Shown one piece after another: positions 26,074-39,507 of a stretch of DNA of 64,000 nt (position 1 is its first letter; each line of letters starts with the position of its first letter). Under the pieces are notes generated by a model. That model did not search any database. It had not been told where the DNA came from and saw only the letters and a list, made by a program, of their open reading frames with translations. Source of the DNA: Octopus sinensis (taxonomy: Eukaryota); assembly GCF_006345805.1 (NCBI RefSeq), contig NC_043021.1, forward strand, positions 13,826,001 through 13,890,000, in the 5' to 3' direction. A program made the translations under genes and the position numbers.

Positions 26074-28309
26074 TTTCATTTGTAATGTATTGGTGGGACC
26101 TTTCCTGTTTATTTGTGGTTGTGGTGGTGGTGGTGGTGGTGGTGATGCTAGGGTGGGGGTAGATTTGAACCAGTTACCTTGCAATGTTTGTCCTAGCAGT
26201 TTTGTTTGTATTCTGCGTCCAAATCCATCCATGCTATATTTGCATGGCAGACTTCATTCATTGCCAGGTTTAACACCTCCACCACCACCTGGCTCCTTGA
26301 GTGCCTTTAGTAGATTGTACTCCTTTGCAAGCATTCAGGCCTTGTCTCTAGTATGAGCATACCTTCCTGCTCTCCCATCCTCATACCGTTATTTTCCGAT
26401 GGCCTTGTAAAATGTCTTGCCCTCTACTTTTGACTCATTAGATTTTAAAATAGCTTGTAGTGGCTGTGCAAAAGCAGTGTCATGAATACACAAGAAGAAA
26501 AAAAAAACAAAACAAAAATGTATTTAAATCAGTTCAAATACATTTGGAACATATCTGGCCTGCACAAAGGCCTTCTTTATTGCTAATTTGCTGTGGAGAA
26601 ACTTAACCTGCCTCAGGCAATAGGTGTTGAAAAACACCAACAGTCATATCAAGGCATCCTCTCTTGGTAGAATGGTGAATGCACTTCTCTATCTTCAGCA
26701 TCATGTACCACATGAGAGACAACCCTGAAATGACTGTGGAAGCATTTATTTCTTTATAGTATCAAAACACGGACTGATCACGTAACACAGACCCTGGCTA
26801 AAACAAAATCTTGTACGGGTGTGTAAAAGCAGTGTTGTGAATAAACAAACGTTTATATCAGTTGATGTGTTTGGGACTCACTTGACCTTTTGCTAAGGGC
26901 CCTTATTTATTGCTAATTTGCTCTGGAGAACCATTTTTGCTTTAATCAATAGATGTTCCAAAGCACCAGCAGTTTATTTCAAAGCGCCCTCTCACAGCAG
27001 AATGGCAAATGCAAGAGAGACAACCATGAAATAACTTTGGAAACATTCATTTCATTATAATAAATTGACATCAAAACAAAAGCTGATCACATGTGGTGCT
27101 GTAAAAATAAAAGGCTCCAATATATGTTTGTCTGTTTGGCTCTCTGTCCATATTTTATTTATAATAAAATACACTAATTTCTCAAGATTTAGCTTGTTTT
27201 TTGTCTACTTCTCAAAGTTTCTTTTTTCATGATTGTCTGATTGAATACAGTTCAACAATGGCGGTCTGACTGACTGAGTTATTGCGACACCCAGAGTTGT
27301 AGCATAAGACATCAACCAACCACACACACACACACACACATGCACGCACACAGGGTTGGAGAGAAAAAGATGTTTGATTTCAAGATGCTAGGTTTCGCAA
27401 ATGAGATGATGCAGAATTTTAAGCTGTAGGGCTAAGGTGTATTGTAGACCTGTCTATAAACAGGATGGAGAAATTATGATGAAATATTAACGTGTGTCTG
27501 AATATATCTATTTCATCTTTCTATCTATCTCTCTATATATGTATTTACCTATCTATCAATCAATCTGTATCTATCTATAACTATCTCTCTCTCTCTCTCT
27601 CTCTCACTTTTTGAAATCGAGTGAGGGTTGTGAGTGTCACTCTCATACAAGTAACATTCTTCATTTCCAGTCTTCTGTGGAAAACAATGTCTTGCTGTGG
27701 AGAAATATCACTCTGATTGGAAACAGGTGAAGGTTGGCAACAGGAAGGGCATCTGGGTTGGAAATTCTGCCTCGGCAAATTCCATTTAGCTCATCAATAC
27801 ATGGAAAAGTGAATGTTAAATGGTGATGATCACATACATACACACGAGTGAGTGGACAAACAAAAGAAAAACAAAGAGGCACTCAACACATTTAATTGGA
27901 GTTATATATCTTATCATTTAAAGCAGTTGGGTTTGGCCTCATGCAACTTGCAAGTTTCACAGGCTCATTACAGAAACCTAGCTTATCAGCTCTATCAATG
28001 TTTTTAATAATAATATAATAATAATAATAATAATAATAATGATAGTAATAATGATCCTTTTTACTATAGGTACAAGGCCTGGGATTTGAGGGGAGGGGAA
28101 TAGTTGATTATATCGACTCCAGTGTTTCACTGGTGCTCAATTTATTGACCCTGAAAGGATGAGAGGCAAACTCGACCTTGGCAGAATTTGAACTCAGAAC
28201 TCAGTGTAAAGACAGATGAAATGTTGCTAAGCATGCTAATGATTCTGCCAGCTCACTGCTTTAAATAATAATATTAATAATAATAATAATAATATTAAAG
28301 ATAGGCAGA

Positions 28310-28365
28310 CAGACAGATGGCTGGACAGATGGATGGACAAGTGGATAGATAGATGGATAGATAGA

Positions 28366-28430
<65 letters not shown>

Positions 28431-28480
28431 TGGCTGGACAGATAGATAGATGGATGGACAGATAGATGGATAGATTAGGA
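28310..28480. repeat. (GATA)n/(GGAT)n tetranucleotide microsatellite
   Basis: Direct observation. Confidence 0.9.
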
Positions 28481-28847
28481 AAAAGTTGATAAAGACTTTG
28501 AAATTTCAGTACTCATTGATTTTGTCAGAATGTCTGACAAAACCAACAATTAGTGAAACTTTGATGTTACTGTCAACCTTTTCCTTGTTAAAAATAAATG
28601 TATTGAGAGTGATACTTCAGTCAGTGTTTGATTTGTATATAACTGTACATAATCACAAACATTAATATATACATTCACTCTCTAGTAATACTTTTTCTCA
28701 TAAAATCTCATGCAGCCATCTTAAGCTGAGAGGAGAAAGAGACAACTTAGAGTAAGCTTAATCAGACATCTTTCTCTCAACATGAAACTTAAGTTGATGT
28801 TGTCAAATTCTAAAGATACTCTGAGAGTGTGTGTGTGTGTGTGTATA

Positions 28848-29064
28848 CGAAGGGGTGCTGAAAAGTTCCTGGCTTTGGGTAAAAGAAAACACAGGAGGAT
28901 CAGTTAATTTTGATTTTATTGAATATAGTCCCCTCTTGGATTCATATACTTAATACAGCAGTCCTTCAGTTTTCCTAAACCCTGTAAAAGAACTTGGAAG
29001 GTTGGGCCTCCAACCAGGCTTTCCTCAGCAACTTTAAAGCCAAGAACTTTTCAACACTTCCTTG
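28848..29064. mobile_element. Mariner-like MITE (related copy at 46609-46824)
   Basis: TA|CGAAGGGGTGCTGAAAAGTTCCTGGCTTT...AAAGCCAAGAACTTTTCAACACTTCCTTG. The second copy starts TA|TGAAGGGGTGCTGAAAAGTTCCTGGCTTT and ends GAAATTTTTCAGCACACCCTCA. Confidence 0.75.
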
Positions 29065-29090
29065 TGCTTGCGTGATATATATATATATAT

Positions 29091-29312
29091 TACTCTTTAC
29101 TCTCTTTTACTCTTTTACTTGTTTCAGTCATTTGACTGCAGCCATGCTGGAGCACCGCCTTTAGTCAAGCAAATCGACCCCGGGACTTATTCTATCGGTC
29201 TCTTTTGCCAAACCGCTAAGTGACAGAGACGTAAACACGCCAGCATCGGTTGTCAAGCAATGCTAGGGGGACAAACACAGACACACAAACATATACACAC
29301 ACATACATACAT

Positions 29313-29350
<38 letters not shown>

Positions 29351-29363
29351 ATATATATAATAT

Positions 29364-29397
<34 letters not shown>

Positions 29398-29563
29398 CAT
29401 ATATACGACAGGCTTCTTTCAGTTTCCGTCTACCAAATCCACTCACAAGGCATTGGTTGGCCCGGGGCTATAGCAGAAGACACTTGCCCAAGATGCCACG
29501 CAGTGGGACTGAACCCGGAACCATGTGGCTGGTAAGCAAGCTACTTACCACACAGCCACTCCT
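29091..29563 (-). mobile_element. Full-length family A SINE with an expanded internal (TA)n
   Basis: Reverse complement of the family A head and tail, with a tandem (TACTCTTT)n tail at 29091-29118. Confidence 0.9.
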
Positions 29564-32500
29564 ATATTATATATATATATATATAATCTGGTTCTTGAAA
29601 GAAGGCCCAAGGTATTACTAATCTCAAACCACACTCCTCAGATACTAGAAAGTTAACTGGGCAACAATGGACGCTCTGTGTAGTTTCTTGAACTGCTAGA
29701 TATAGCAGTGAGGCATCCTTGGCCTGGCAGTGTAAACATTGCTGACTTGTCAAGATATGTTGAACAGCTGTTGCTGTTAATAGCTGTCAGCTAAAACTAC
29801 AATGAGGATGATGCTGATGTAGCCAGCCACTATCCCTGCTGTGTTTTTTTTCCTTTGGCCAGAAAGAGCAGACATGACATTTTCCTCCCCTATCCAGTGG
29901 TCATCATGGACAAAGAAGATTTATGGTGGGAAAAGACTAAGGAATAAGTACAGGTTGGGGCAGGGGTGAGCAAATTTGCTGAAAAGGTTGAGAGTGGTGA
30001 AGATGGCTCTTGTGAATGGGCCTACTTGGATTACAAGCTTGTAAACCAGAGGACACAGCTGAATGAGAGCAGCTGTTCTAGATGGTAAGGGCAATCTGGG
30101 ATCTGTGGGGTTCCTTGATTAGCTCCATGTCGCCCATTCCCTATTATGATATTTCATTTCATTTTATACTATTGTCCCCACCCAGCCACCTGTTTTCTCG
30201 TACACAACTTTGTGTGAAACCCTGCTTTTTTGTAATATCTCTTCGTAATGCCCCCCCCCCACCGCCTATTGCCCTTGTGGAAAATAAAAGTTGTTTATTA
30301 TTATTATTTTTACTATATTATTATTATTTAGGAGTTGGCAGTAACAAATGTCTTTCTGTGTTGTTGCTGTTATACATGTGTGTGCCTGCTTGCTTTCTGT
30401 TGTGTGTGTGTGTGTGTGTGTGTGTTGTATGTATGTATGTATCTGATGTGTATATTTCTGCTGTGTGTAATGTATGGTGTGTATGTGTGTGTGAGAATTT
30501 GTGTATGGCAGTGTATCATGTCCATTCTATGTGTGTGACATATGTACATCTACATGGCTTATGTGTACGTGTATGTGTGTGTGTGAGCACACATATCTTT
30601 TGTGTGATGTATTTCATATTGAAGGTATTATGTCGTTTGTGTGTGTGAGATAGAGAGATAGACTGAAAGAAATAGTGAGAGAGAGGGAGGAAGAAAGATG
30701 GAGGAAGTGTTGTATAGGTGTGTGTGTGTGTGTGTGTGTGGTGGGTGATGTAGAAGAGGCGAGGTATGGTGCAGGATGTATGTCATGTGACCATGATGTG
30801 ATGATGTTCGATCAGATTCTATGTTAGGTCATTATTGATCTGTCATTATCAGCAGTCAGGTCTGTACTGGATAGGATAGGTTCTAAAACTCTGTGTGTGT
30901 GCAGTTGTATAATGCTGATGTATAGGGTGTGTGTGTGTGTGAGACTGTGTATATGTGTGATTGTGTAATAGCAATGTATGTGTGTGTGTGTGATTGTGTA
31001 ATAGTAATGTATAGGTGTGTATATGTGTGTGTATGAAAGTGTGTGTGAATTTGTGAGTGAATGTGTGTGTATTTGTGTGATTGTGTAATAACAGTGTGTA
31101 TGTGTGTGTGTGAAAGAGAGAGGCTGTGAATACGTGTGCATGAAGATGTGATTGTGTAATAATGATTTATAGGTGTGTGAGATTGTGCATATGTGTGAGT
31201 GTATGGTAGCAATGTTTAATGTGTAAATGTGTGATCATGTGTGTAACTATTGAATAGTAGGATGTAGGTGTGTGTGTGTGATTATGTAATAATGAGGTAG
31301 AAGTGTATGTGTATGATAATGGGGTATGTGTGTGTGTGTGTGTGTGTATATATATGATTTGTGTATACTGTGTATGTGTATGATTGTGTGTATAACTGTG
31401 TGATTGTGTGTATACTCTGTGTGTGTGTATGACTGCGTGTATACTGTGTGTGTGTGTGTGTAAAAGTGAGGTAGGCGTGGCTGTGTGGTAAGAAACTTGC
31501 TTCCCAACCACATTTTTCTGGGTTCAATCCCACTGTGGGGCACCCTGGGTAAGTGTCTTCTACTATAGCCTTGGTTTGACCAAATCCTTGTGAGTGGATT
31601 TGGTAGACAGAAACTGAAAGAAGCCTTTTGTGTGTATATATATATATGTATGTATGTATATACATTTGTGTGTGTGTCTATATGTGTCCCCTGCCACCAT
31701 CACTTGACAACTGATGATGCCATGTTTACATCCCCATAACTTAGCAATTTGGAAAAAAAGAGGCCGATAGAATAAGTACTAGGTCAATTTCTTCAATTAA
31801 AACCCATTAAGCTGGTGCTCCAGCATGGCCGCAAGAGTGATAATGTGTACAGCACATCCAGTTGCATCCCTTTATGTGAAAAAGTAACTTAGCTATTTAA
31901 CAAATCGAGATCAATAAAGTAAGTAGCAGACTGGAATAAATACCAAAGGTTGACATAATTGTGGTACTCCAGTATGGTCGTTGCTCTACTAAACAAAGCA
32001 GTAAAGGAAGCAGAGAATAAATTTTGTGTGTGTGTTTTATTTAATTTATATTATGTAGGAGTGATGGTCATGTGTAGGTGGGTGTAAGAATTAAGTATCA
32101 CTTTGAATATACGTCTGTTTGTGCAATAGCAAAGTGTGTGTGTGTACACGTGAGTTGTGTTTGTCCCCCACCACTGGTGTTGGTTTGTTTATGACCCTGT
32201 AACCTAGTAGTTTGGCAAAAAAGAACTGATAAAACATGTACCAGTCCAAAATGAGTACTGGGGTTGATTTGTTTGACTAAACCCTTCAAGGTGGTGCCCC
32301 AGCATGGCCACAGTTTAATGACTGAAACAAGTAAAACAAAGAAGATAAGCATTGCTAGTGATTGAAAGATCAGTTTTGTCTTTAATCCTTTCTGGGTTTG
32401 GGTGGCCGGTGCTTGATGGGATAAGGCCCCAGTGAAAAAATAGATAGACTGGTCCTTGTGTTTATATCAGAAATTAAAACACCTGTTTTGCCTCTCTGTC

Positions 32501-32589
32501 TCTCTATCACACTCTGTCCTTTTATCATATGACACAAGATCCTTTCCTCCAATGCCTCCACTCCCTCAAAATTCCTTGTCTTGCAAGTT

Positions 32590-33085
32590 ACTTGGGGATC
32601 CTGCTGGTGCTGGTGCCACTTAAGCATCCAATCCACACTGTGAAGTGGTTGGCATTTGGAAGGGCATCCAGCTGTAAAAACCATGCCAAAACTGACCACA
32701 CCTGAGCTGGCACCACATAAAAAGCATCCAGTCCACACTATGAAGTGACTGGCATTTGGAAGGGCATCCAGCTGTAAAAACCATGCCAAAACTGACCCTG
32801 TGTGCTGATGTCACATAAAAAGTACTGAGTCCACTCTGCAGAGAGATGGTGTTAGGAAGGGCATCTAACCATAAAAACCATTCCAAAACAGACCTTCCTT
32901 GTGTTGGTGCTACGTAAGAAGCACTCAGTCTACTCTATGGGGTGGTTGGGAAGGGCATCCAGCTATAAAAACTATGCCAAAACAGACACTGTAGCCTCAT
33001 ATAGTCTTCCACCTGGCCAACTCCTGTCAACTGTCTTACCCATAGCAGCATGGAAAACAGACGTTAAACGATGATGATGATGATG
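32590..33085 (+). mobile_element. Tandem copies of the RTE 3'-UTR-like repeat ending in (GAT)n
   Basis: gtggttggcatttggaagggcatccagctgtaaaaaccatgccaaa is repeated about 4 times, then gcatggaaaacagacgttaaacgatgatgatg. The same sequence directly follows the RTE ORF fragment at 51790-52060. Solo copies lie at 13160-13350, 17578-17690, 27700-27830, 38880-39065, 40640-40745, 43330-43430 and 61215-61355. Confidence 0.75.
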
Positions 33086-33886
33086 AATAATAAATTAATG
33101 TTTAAGTGAAATTAACAGTCTCTGTTTGTTTCTGGATGGTTAACTTGTGTCTTCCATGCTGCAGTAATTTTGTCATTATTAGGCTCTTAGGAACATAAAT
33201 TAACGTGGGATTTTGATGGAAGGTTTTTAATTTGGGTTGCTTTAAAGCAAGAAGTTTGTATTATAGAACCAGGGACAGTCTCAGGCAGGTTGGTATCAAA
33301 GGGGTTGGTGGTACAATGTTTTTGTCCCAATTAGTTTTGAAAATATTGAAGAATTTAGTGAAATTACCTTTTCATTATTAAGCTGGTGTTTAGAACATAA
33401 ATAACATCAAAATTTGACAGAAGGTTTTTATTTTACACCACTTTAAAACAGGGAGTTGTGTCATAGAACAAGGGGCAGTTTCAGGCAGATTGGTAAGCAA
33501 AATGGCAAATGGTAAACAATTAGATATTTATGTAACTGCAACCATTTATAACTCTTCATGGCTGGAAATTGTTTGACCATTAGGTCTGGTGAGAAAGTTC
33601 TGATCTTGGTTTAGTCAATGACATCTTCACTACTACCACCAGGAAGAGTCTATTGACCTCCAAAAAATAACAGCCAAATCACAGCCTGATGTCTTAAAAA
33701 TGAAGGACATTGAATAATGCAGTTCTAGGTGCCTCCCTTTCTTCATGTATCATACCTTCAGGAATAGTGATCCTGGATCTCCATGCCAAATCCTGAAGAT
33801 TCATAGTTTTTCTTATTAAAGACAGCAGCAGTTTCCTGTTGCCCTCTGCTGGTTTATAATCCCCTATTATCCACCCCACTAGTCTT

Positions 33887-34868
33887 CTACTCTTTTGAGC
33901 TTCCCTTTGAGGTGCAGGGCATATTTAACCTTTAGGCAAAGGACACTGACTCATGTGACATAAAGACCTGCCCACAGACTAGTGGCCTTTTGTGACACAT
34001 GACTGAGGGCCAGCCCTTGTCTAACTCTTGTGTGTCTCAACCACAGGACTGTCTTCTGCTATCTGGCCCTAACTGGATACACTGGACAGGTACCAGCATT
34101 CTAGACCAGAGCAGATTTGGGACTAGTGGTGTGTAAGGAGTAACTCTACACTCCTTAAAACTCCTAAAGCTGGAACCTTGCCACTGGGGCAGTCAGGCCC
34201 TTTAGCATTTAAACTGGCCACATCCTGCCCGAATATTCTACATGTTTTATGTTTAAACTGGTCAGATCCAGCCTCTCATACCTTTCCTATGAGGTTATTC
34301 TAAAAATAAACATTCACGTCATCGAAATCTCAAAGCTATGAGATAATGCATGATTAATTCAGAACAGTGTGAATAAATAAGCATTATATTTGACAGAGTA
34401 ATCTGAATGCTAAAGGGCTAAAGTCTTGCTCATGGACAGACCAGTGAGGGGAAATCTTCTAAGCTGGGCATGTTGAAATTTTAATCTCTATCATAATCCC
34501 TTAATCCTGTTATGGAATATCTACATTGTTTGAACAAAAGATGGAATAGCTGTGTTTGGAGGATTTTGCATCAGAGGGTCTGTTGAATGAAGTCTGGTCT
34601 GAGGGTCAATAAGAACACAATAATAATCATTACAAACATTTCCATTGTTCAGCTACCCAAGGAGCTTTCAGAGTACCCAGTTAGGGCCGAATAGCAGAAG
34701 ACAGTGCTGTAGCCAAGGTATACAACACCCTGAGAAGGGCTGACTCATAAGACATGTCACACAGGGCCAACAGTGTGACACATATATGTGGACATGTCAT
34801 TTGAGCCAGTCCCCTCTATCTAAAGGTTGAATGGGCCCTGTGTCTGAAGGGGAGGCACAAAAGAGCAG
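33887..34868. repeat. Diverged ~200-bp inverted repeat pair (33887-34084 and 34669-34868)
   Basis: For example actgtcttctgctatctggccctaactggatacactg versus the reverse complement of cagagtacccagttagggccgaatagcagaagacagt. tttaacctttagg and ctaaaggttgaat also pair. Confidence 0.8.
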
Positions 34869-35436
34869 GAAACTTGCAAAGTGATTTGCAAATAAAGCAA
34901 CAAACAGCAACAGGAAATCTCTGCTGTATCTTTCACAAGAAAGTTACTTGATTTGTTAGAAATAGCATTCAAATTGCCCTTAAATGATACCTAGCCATTT
35001 TTTTAAAATGGTTATGGGAAGGAATTAAAGCAAAAAAATACAGGATGGTTGGAGTTGGAATGTTTCTTAGGAATTTAGGAAGAAGATCTGCTGGATTAGA
35101 ACTGACCTGTAATGGTTTAGATCCCATAACAGATCTGAGTGAAACCATTGCATGCGTACACATGTATGCACCATAGGTGTATACCGCACCATTGCTGCTA
35201 GTACTATTTGCACCACTGCATTCAGTCAGCTGTGTCATTGCAGTTGCTGCTATTGGACACTGGTTATAAATGCAGACATTGCACATAACGTGTGACAACC
35301 ACACACTCGCGTGTGCATGCATGCTTTCATACACTCACACAAATTGTCACACATATATTCTCTCATAAACACAAATTCTCTGTCTCTGTCTGTCTCTCTT
35401 TCTCACACACACACACACACTAAGCCTCTAATGCAT

Positions 35437-35498
<62 letters not shown>

Positions 35499-35658
35499 AT
35501 ACACACATTCTCTCTCTTATACACGACTTATCTCACACAGACATACATACACACAAAATCTCACACACACATACAAATTCTCTCATGCATACACACTCAC
35601 AAACTCTCTTATACACACATACTCACACGCATAAATTTTCCCACGCACACATTTACAT

Positions 35659-35693
<35 letters not shown>

Positions 35694-36350
35694 AGTTGCT
35701 TCATGAATGAATGAATGAAAATTAAAGGGTGTGGCCAAGCACTGCACAGCACGGCATGACACGGTGTAACGCAGCAATGATGGGCGCTGGACGCAGTGTC
35801 GCGTGAGTGTTGTCTGAGTTTGTGAGTGGAGGGTGAGGCTGTAGGGGTGGGGGAGAAGAACCGGTGGGGATAGGGAGGGGAACAGGCAGACTCTGTCCAA
35901 TGGTAGCATGGGGGGAGGAAGAGGAGGAGGAAGGAGAGAGCAGTACAACGCCGCCCCCTCGTCCCCGTTTGGGATAACCATATATGGTCGCTTCTCTGTA
36001 GCTAGCTTATCTCTGATTGGTCGATTAACTAGCTGCAGATGGGCCAGAATGAGGAAGATGCTGCTACTACTACTACTACTACTGCTGCTGCTGTTGTTGC
36101 TGCTGATGCTGCTACAGCAGTGTTGCTGTGTGCATGCTTCTGTGTGTATGAATGTATGTATGCATGTATATGAACATGAGTGTGGGTGTTTCTCTATCTG
36201 TCTGTGTGAAAATTCTCTGAATGGCTAGTTTGACCTTCTTCGATCACCTTCACCCGTATTTCTGTCTGTGTGTCACCCAGTCACATTTTGTGTGTGTGTG
36301 TTTATATATATATATGTGTGTGTGTGTGTATTTGTGTTTGAGCCTGCTTG

Positions 36351-36391
<41 letters not shown>

Positions 36392-37545
36392 ATATGTCTA
36401 ATAAAACTATATGTGTGTGCATGTTCCCAAGAATATGTGCGTATGCACATATGTTCACGACCGTGTGTGTGTGTGTGTGTGTGTGTTTATACGCATAGGT
36501 CCAGGAAGGTGGGTGTGTCTGCCTATGGATGTGTGAGTGTCTATCTGGATGTGTATGTGTGTACATCCGTGAATGGAAGCTGTGTATCAGTGGATATATA
36601 TTTTTAAATGTGTTGTTTTATGGGTGTGTGTGTGTGTGTGTGTGTATGTGTGTATGAATGGATGTTAATGTATGTGTGTGTGTGTGTATACATTTATGTT
36701 TCTATGAGTGCCTTCAATGTGTCTGTGTGTCTCAGCAAACACAAGCCATATTTTTGTCTTTCATCACATGATTGGTGATGCTTCTACTAATACTACTACT
36801 ATTACTACTACTACTGCTGCTGCTGCTGCTGCCACCATAAGGACTGCTACTACCACCCTTCTCCCTTCTCAATATTCCCCCTTCCTCCTTTTGTGCTTTC
36901 TTCTTATCATTGGGTTCCCTCTCTGCACCCACCCTCACTTCATTCTGATGACTTTTCTCACCAGACCACCCATATATGGTAAAAGAGATGTGGGTGGTTT
37001 ACACACACACACACACACACACGCACATATACACACATACATGTATATGTATTTCATTTTCCTCTCATCTGTTATCTCTCTCTCCCTCTCTCTCTCTCTC
37101 ACCAACACACTGTGATGTTTGCCAGTCACAAGACAAAACCACTTGTTGGTTACCATTCCTTGAGTGCCCCCCCCCCCGCCAATCCACACCACCTCATCAA
37201 AACAAGAAACTTGTTGGTAGGGGGCACTGCATGTCTACTTTGTAAACTTGCCCTATTTTGATATTATCTTGAATAACAAAAATCCAGAGCTCAGGGATGG
37301 AAGTGGGGCGGAGATGATGATGGGGGTGAGTGCTCCCACCCCTTCCCTGCACGTGTGCCCTTTTTTTCCTTTGACCTTCCCCTTGTCATTGATGGTCACA
37401 TCAGTGTCCCTCTACATTCTTCTGTTGTCTTTCACATTCTCACTTACCCTGTCATTATCCTCACTCACCTGTTGCCAGTTTCATCCACTTGTTGCTAGCT
37501 ACACTCTTTTCTCTTGATACCACCCACACTCTTCTGTTTGTTACC

Positions 37546-38075
37546 AGCCTCACTCTCCTGTTGCTGACTATACTCTTCTCTTGTTACCACCCACACTCTT
37601 CTGCTGCCTGCCTCACTCTCCTGTTGCCTGCCTCACTCTCCTGCTGCCTGCCTCACTCTCCTGCTGCCAGCCTCACTCTCCTGCTGTCACTCTTCTGTTG
37701 CTAACATCACTCTCCTGTTGCCAACCTCACTCTCTCATTGCCAACCTCACTCTCCTGCTGCCTGCCTCACTCTCCTGCTGCTTGCCTCACTCTCCTGTTG
37801 CCAACCTCACTCTTCTATTGCCTGCCTCACTCTCTCATTGCCAACCTCACTCTTCTGTTGCTAACATCACCCTCCTGTTGCCAACCTCACTCTTCTGTTA
37901 CCTGCCTCACTCTCCTGTTGCCAACCTCACTCTCTAATTGCCAGCTTCACTCTTCTGTTGCCAGCCTCACTCTCTCATTGCCAGCTTCACTCTTCTGTTG
38001 CCAGCCTCACTCTTCTGTTGCTAGCTTGATATCACCCACACTCTTCTATTGCCAGCCTCCTTCATTTGTTGCTAG
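37546..38075. repeat. 20-bp pyrimidine-rich minisatellite (cctcactctcctgttgccar), about 25 units
   Basis: Direct tandem repetition. It generates the spurious LLPASLSCC-type ORFs. Confidence 0.92.
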
Positions 38076-39273
38076 CTATGCTCTGCTGTTGTGACTTCTC
38101 CTCCTAATGTCACCCACCTTCACACCTCAGTTATCACTCACAGTTTCTTGCCATCCACTCACACTCTACTTTTCTCACCTATCGATACCCCTCTGCTCTC
38201 ACCCCCTGACACTCCACTGTTGTCATCAACCCAACCTCCAGCATCACTATTCACAACCACCAGTTCGTATTCACTCATCTTCTGCCACATGGACGCTCAC
38301 TGTTGACGTTATTACCCCATTATACAAATTCTGAAACCCTAATCGTAACTCACTCTTCACACTAACTCATGAGATGAGTGTGTGTGTGTGTGTAATACAC
38401 ACATACACACACACTTTTTATTCTTTTAAAGGTTTCAGTCACTGAACTGTGACCATCCATGGTCACTTACTTCCATCGAGGTTTAGTTGATTATATCAGC
38501 CTCAGATTTATTTTAGCCTGGTGGTGATGATGTGTTGATGATGATGATGTGTTGGTGGTGATGATCGTTGAGGTGATAGTGAGGGTGGTAGTTGTGGTTA
38601 CAGTGATGGTAAACTGTCCTGTCGTAGACTACAAATGAGGATTCTGCAATTTCTTTTCTAACCAACCTGCACAAATGATTTGCTTATGATGATCAAATGT
38701 TTGTGCTGTACATTAGCTCAGCCCCCTTCATCAAATCGATATTGCTTATAAATGGTGCACAGGGTACCACATGTTAGATGTCAAAATGATTGAAGAGCAA
38801 AGTGAAATAAAGTGTTTTTGCTCATGAACACAATGCACCACTAAGACCAGGAATCGAAACCACAATCTTGATGTCATCATCATTGTCATCATACATCTGT
38901 TTTCCATGCTGGGATGGATTGGACAGTTTGATAGGAACTGCTAGGACTAGGAGCCACACCTGGTTCCATTGTCTGCTTTGGCATGCTTTCTTCAGCTGGA
39001 TACCCTTCCTAACACCAACCACTATACAGAATTTGCTGGGTGCTTTTCACATGACACCAGCACTAGTTGACGACTTGCTTAGTTACAGGATACAAAGAAT
39101 TAGAACGTACAACATAATGCTCTTTTTTTTCTTAAAGATAGGTGAAGGCATAAACACAAACAGGGACACACATTCAACACACAACTACCAGCTTTTCCAT
39201 AGATTCTTCTCTATGAAATTCCATTCCCAAAATATTGATCAATCTGAGGGTTTTGTAGAAGATATGTACCAAG

Positions 39274-39507
39274 TGTAGGGCAGCGAACTGGCAGAAATGT
39301 TAGCACACTGGGCGAAATGCTTAGTAGTAGTTCTTCTGCCTCATTCTGAGTTCGAATTCCACCGAGGTCAACTTTGCCTTTCATCCTTTCAGGGTCGATT
39401 AAATAAGTATAAGTTACACACTCGGGTTGACGCAATCAACTTAATCTCTTTGTCTGTCCTTGTTTCTCCTCTCTATGTTTAGCCCCCTGTGGGCAATAAA
39501 GAAATAA
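39274..39507 (+). mobile_element. SINE B1 inserted into a decayed antisense family A SINE
   Basis: 12-bp TSD ATATGTACCAAG at 39262-39273 and 39508-39519. The tail is tttagccccctgtgggcaataaagaaata. Confidence 0.85.

Noticed and set aside
37489-38094. Leu/Cys/Ser-rich repetitive ORFs resembling a repeat protein
   Set aside because: They derive from a 20-bp minisatellite. The unit is not a multiple of 3, so all frames cycle through the same peptide.
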